DNA of 64,000 nucleotides from a virus: IMG/VR virus record IMGVR_UViG_3300027741_000053, positions 7,669 to 71,668 of that record; one strand, 5' to 3'. Shown piece by piece: positions 61,880 to 64,000 of this stretch (position 1 is its first letter; each line of letters starts with the position of its first letter). The notes under the pieces were generated by a model. It saw only the letters and a program-made list of their open reading frames with translations, ran no database searches and was not told where the DNA came from. The position numbers and the translations under genes were made by a program.

Positions 61880-63412
61880 TTAATAGTATTCAACTCGACG
61901 GCGAAACTGAGGAATATCTTCCTCTTCATCTAATTGAGTGCGAATATACCCGCCTTTCCTAAATCGCATCAAGGCCAAAGACACAGTATCCACATAGTCG
62001 TCATGATCGCCCGAAGGAAATGAAGCAACCTCGTCTATAACTTCTTCGGCCCAATTCTTATCCGGAGCCCAAACCCTACCCGAGGCAAACAGATCTGAAA
62101 CCGCGTTTACCCTCGTAATCTTGTCATTCCCCCTCACAGGGGTGAACTCTTGAACAGGAATCCCCATGGCTCTTAATTCATATATCAAAGGCGCCCCTGA
62201 AGCCTTCTTCTCAATAATCACAGAGTCCGGCTCCCACTCTTTGTATTCCTCAATAGCCCACTTTTTTAACTGCGGGAATTCTACCCTATCTCTCTTGGCA
62301 TTTAACAAAATTACATTGGTTTGATCTATACCAGCATCATCTGGATAAGTAAATACCCCCCACGTTGTACAAGCCGAGTAGTCAGCTCTTGTGCTTTTTT
62401 CATAAGCCGTATCCCAAGCCATCAAAATAAAATCTATCGTGGGAGGCTTTTCTCTTTCCCAAATCTTCCACCACTCTCTTTTTATGATTGCGGAAGATTC
62501 AGATGTTGGATTTTGTTGGTATTGAGCTTGCCATTTAGAGTTTGGAAGCTCAGTCCTTAGAGCTTCTAACTCTTCTAAAGACCAGAATTCAGGCCAGAGA
62601 GGAAGGCCAGATGGCATGATTGCCGGGAATTCAATCACCTCCCAGCCTTCTCCGCCCCTCTGAGCTTCGGCCTTAACAACTTGCCCCGTCAGATCCCGCT
62701 TGCCCCAGCGAGTCATAACAATAACTATAGCCCCACCCGGCTGAAGACGCTGTCTTGGGCCAGATGTAAACCACTCATAAACCTTATCGTAAATCGAAGG
62801 ATCGTTCGCGGCCAGAGCAGCCTCTTGTTCCGAATGAGGATCGTCAATAATCAAAAGATCCGCACCCTTACCCGTAACCGTACCCCCAATACCAATAGCA
62901 AAATACTCGCCATCCTTATTAGTTGACCACCTTCCTGCCGCTTTTGAGTCGTGCCTCAAGCTCACATTAGGAAAGATTTTTGCGTACGCCTCCCCGCCAA
63001 CTAAGTTTCTTACCTTTCTACCAAAACCCACAGCCAGATCAGCCGTGTTCGACGACTGAATAATCTTTTTATCTGGATACTTCCCCAAAAACCAAGCCGG
63101 TAGAAGGTAACTCGCAAACTCACTCTTCGTATGACGCGGCGGCATGTTGATAATCAACCTCTTCAACCTTCCAGAGGCGATCTCTTCAAATTTTTTTGCC
63201 ATAACAATGTGATGCCGCCCAGAGATAAACCCCGGCCACATTGCTTTTACAAACTCTAAAAACTCATCCGCACCACGTTCGCGGGTAACAGCCGTCTGAT
63301 ACTCCCCCGCAATCTGTAAAAGATGCTCCCTATCAGACTCCCCTAAACTTTCTAACACCACAGAAAGAATAGAAGGATCCTTCAACAAACTCAAAAGCTC
63401 CTCATCCTTCAT
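61880..63412 (-). CDS. terL: Terminase large subunit (duplicate of 198..1730)
   Basis: Identical translation. Confidence 0.95.
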   Translation of the reverse strand: MKDEELLSLLKDPSILSVVLESLGESDREHLLQIAGEYQTAVTRERGADEFLEFVKAMWPGFISGRHHIVMAKKFEEIASGRLKRLIINMPPRHTKSEFASYLLPAWFLGKYPDKKIIQSSNTADLAVGFGRKVRNLVGGEAYAKIFPNVSLRHDSKAAGRWSTNKDGEYFAIGIGGTVTGKGADLLIIDDPHSEQEAALAANDPSIYDKVYEWFTSGPRQRLQPGGAIVIVMTRWGKRDLTGQVVKAEAQRGGEGWEVIEFPAIMPSGLPLWPEFWSLEELEALRTELPNSKWQAQYQQNPTSESSAIIKREWWKIWEREKPPTIDFILMAWDTAYEKSTRADYSACTTWGVFTYPDDAGIDQTNVILLNAKRDRVEFPQLKKWAIEEYKEWEPDSVIIEKKASGAPLIYELRAMGIPVQEFTPVRGNDKITRVNAVSDLFASGRVWAPDKNWAEEVIDEVASFPSGDHDDYVDTVSLALMRFRKGGYIRTQLDEEEDIPQFRRRVEYY

Positions 63413-63633
63413 TCAAGGTTCCTCAACTTTATACTCTTAGGGCGTATAGACCGATGACTCTTTGGAGTATGCACACAAACCCCCAACTTAACCAAAGCCT
63501 TCATCGTTCTATAAACCCCACCCCTACTCTTCCTGCCCGTTACATACATAACGTCATCTATGGTTGGACCGAAGCCATAACGCCTCCACCATTCGTCCAA
63601 TAACATGTACATTTCTTTCTGAGCCGGGGTCAT
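63409..63633 (-). CDS. LexA-type wHTH protein (duplicate of 1727..1951)
   Basis: Identical to copy 1. Confidence 0.7.
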   Translation of the reverse strand: MTPAQKEMYMLLDEWWRRYGFGPTIDDVMYVTGRKSRGGVYRTMKALVKLGVCVHTPKSHRSIRPKSIKLRNLE

Positions 63634-64000
63634 ATTTACCTGTTTTGGGGTTCTTCCCCCACTTTGCTCGATACTGACCGGCGAGCGAGCGAGACTTTTT
63701 CCCACTTTACCGCCCAAACCGCCCTATTGTAGGGGACCACGCCCCACTTTTTAAAAAGTTAATACAAAGATTTAGCATAACATTTGTTACTGTGATTGCA
63801 AAAAACATAACGAATGTAACATTTGTTAGGTTCGTTAAAAATTTTGGTGTAAATTTTTTTGATGGGGTGGGTATTTTGGATGGGGGGTGGTTTTTAGACG
63901 GGATCAAACGTCGGGATTACTAAGCATAGGCGGGGGCAGGCACGACGCCGATCCGCCCTCCCCCCCCTCCGGTGCGTCGCCGTCCTGCGCGTTTGCGTCA

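Larger units (their letters stand above)
61683..64000. repeat. Copy 2 of the 2318-bp repeat (wrap-around)
   Basis: Matches 1-2318. Confidence 0.95.

Noticed and set aside
61683-64000. True long terminal repeat or second terminase copy
   Set aside because: The repeat starts mid-portal and ends exactly at the window edge; wrap-around of a 61,682-bp circle explains it best.
1-64000. tRNA genes, introns/inteins or stop-codon recoding
   Set aside because: No cloverleaf with canonical T/D loops was noticed, and core genes are intact and of normal length in the standard code; tRNAscan-SE would be needed to exclude tRNAs formally.

Overview
The window holds a complete circular tailed-phage genome of 61,682 bp. 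Bases 61683-64000 repeat 1-2318, most likely because the window wraps round the circle. Gene content suggests a podovirus-like virion and possibly a proteobacterial host; both are inferences. The layout is TerL/TerS, a + strand cluster of small early genes, a - strand replication/recombination arm (TOPRIM primase, SF2 helicase, ParB-like, SSB-like, ERF, PD-(D/E)XK nuclease) with RusA on the + strand, and a long - strand virion operon. That operon carries portal, GroES, scaffold, Mu-gpT-like capsid, tail, fibres, lysis genes, putative ejection proteins and a 4036-aa DarB-like polyvalent protein. I saw no DNA polymerase, integrase, tRNA or CRISPR array. The standout is a translationally coupled acyl carrier protein + beta-ketoacyl synthase + unknown 144-aa gene cassette, lying between the tail genes and a repeat-rich putative ejection protein. 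It suggests a phage-encoded acylation/lipidation system for virion proteins. Also notable are a probable overprinted gene with a strong RBS nested in the giant ORF, a pseudoknotted RNA element after the capsid gene, further structured intergenic RNAs, repeated operator-like palindromes and a shared xxGG motif in small virion-operon proteins. All family calls come from motif recognition by eye; no searches were run.
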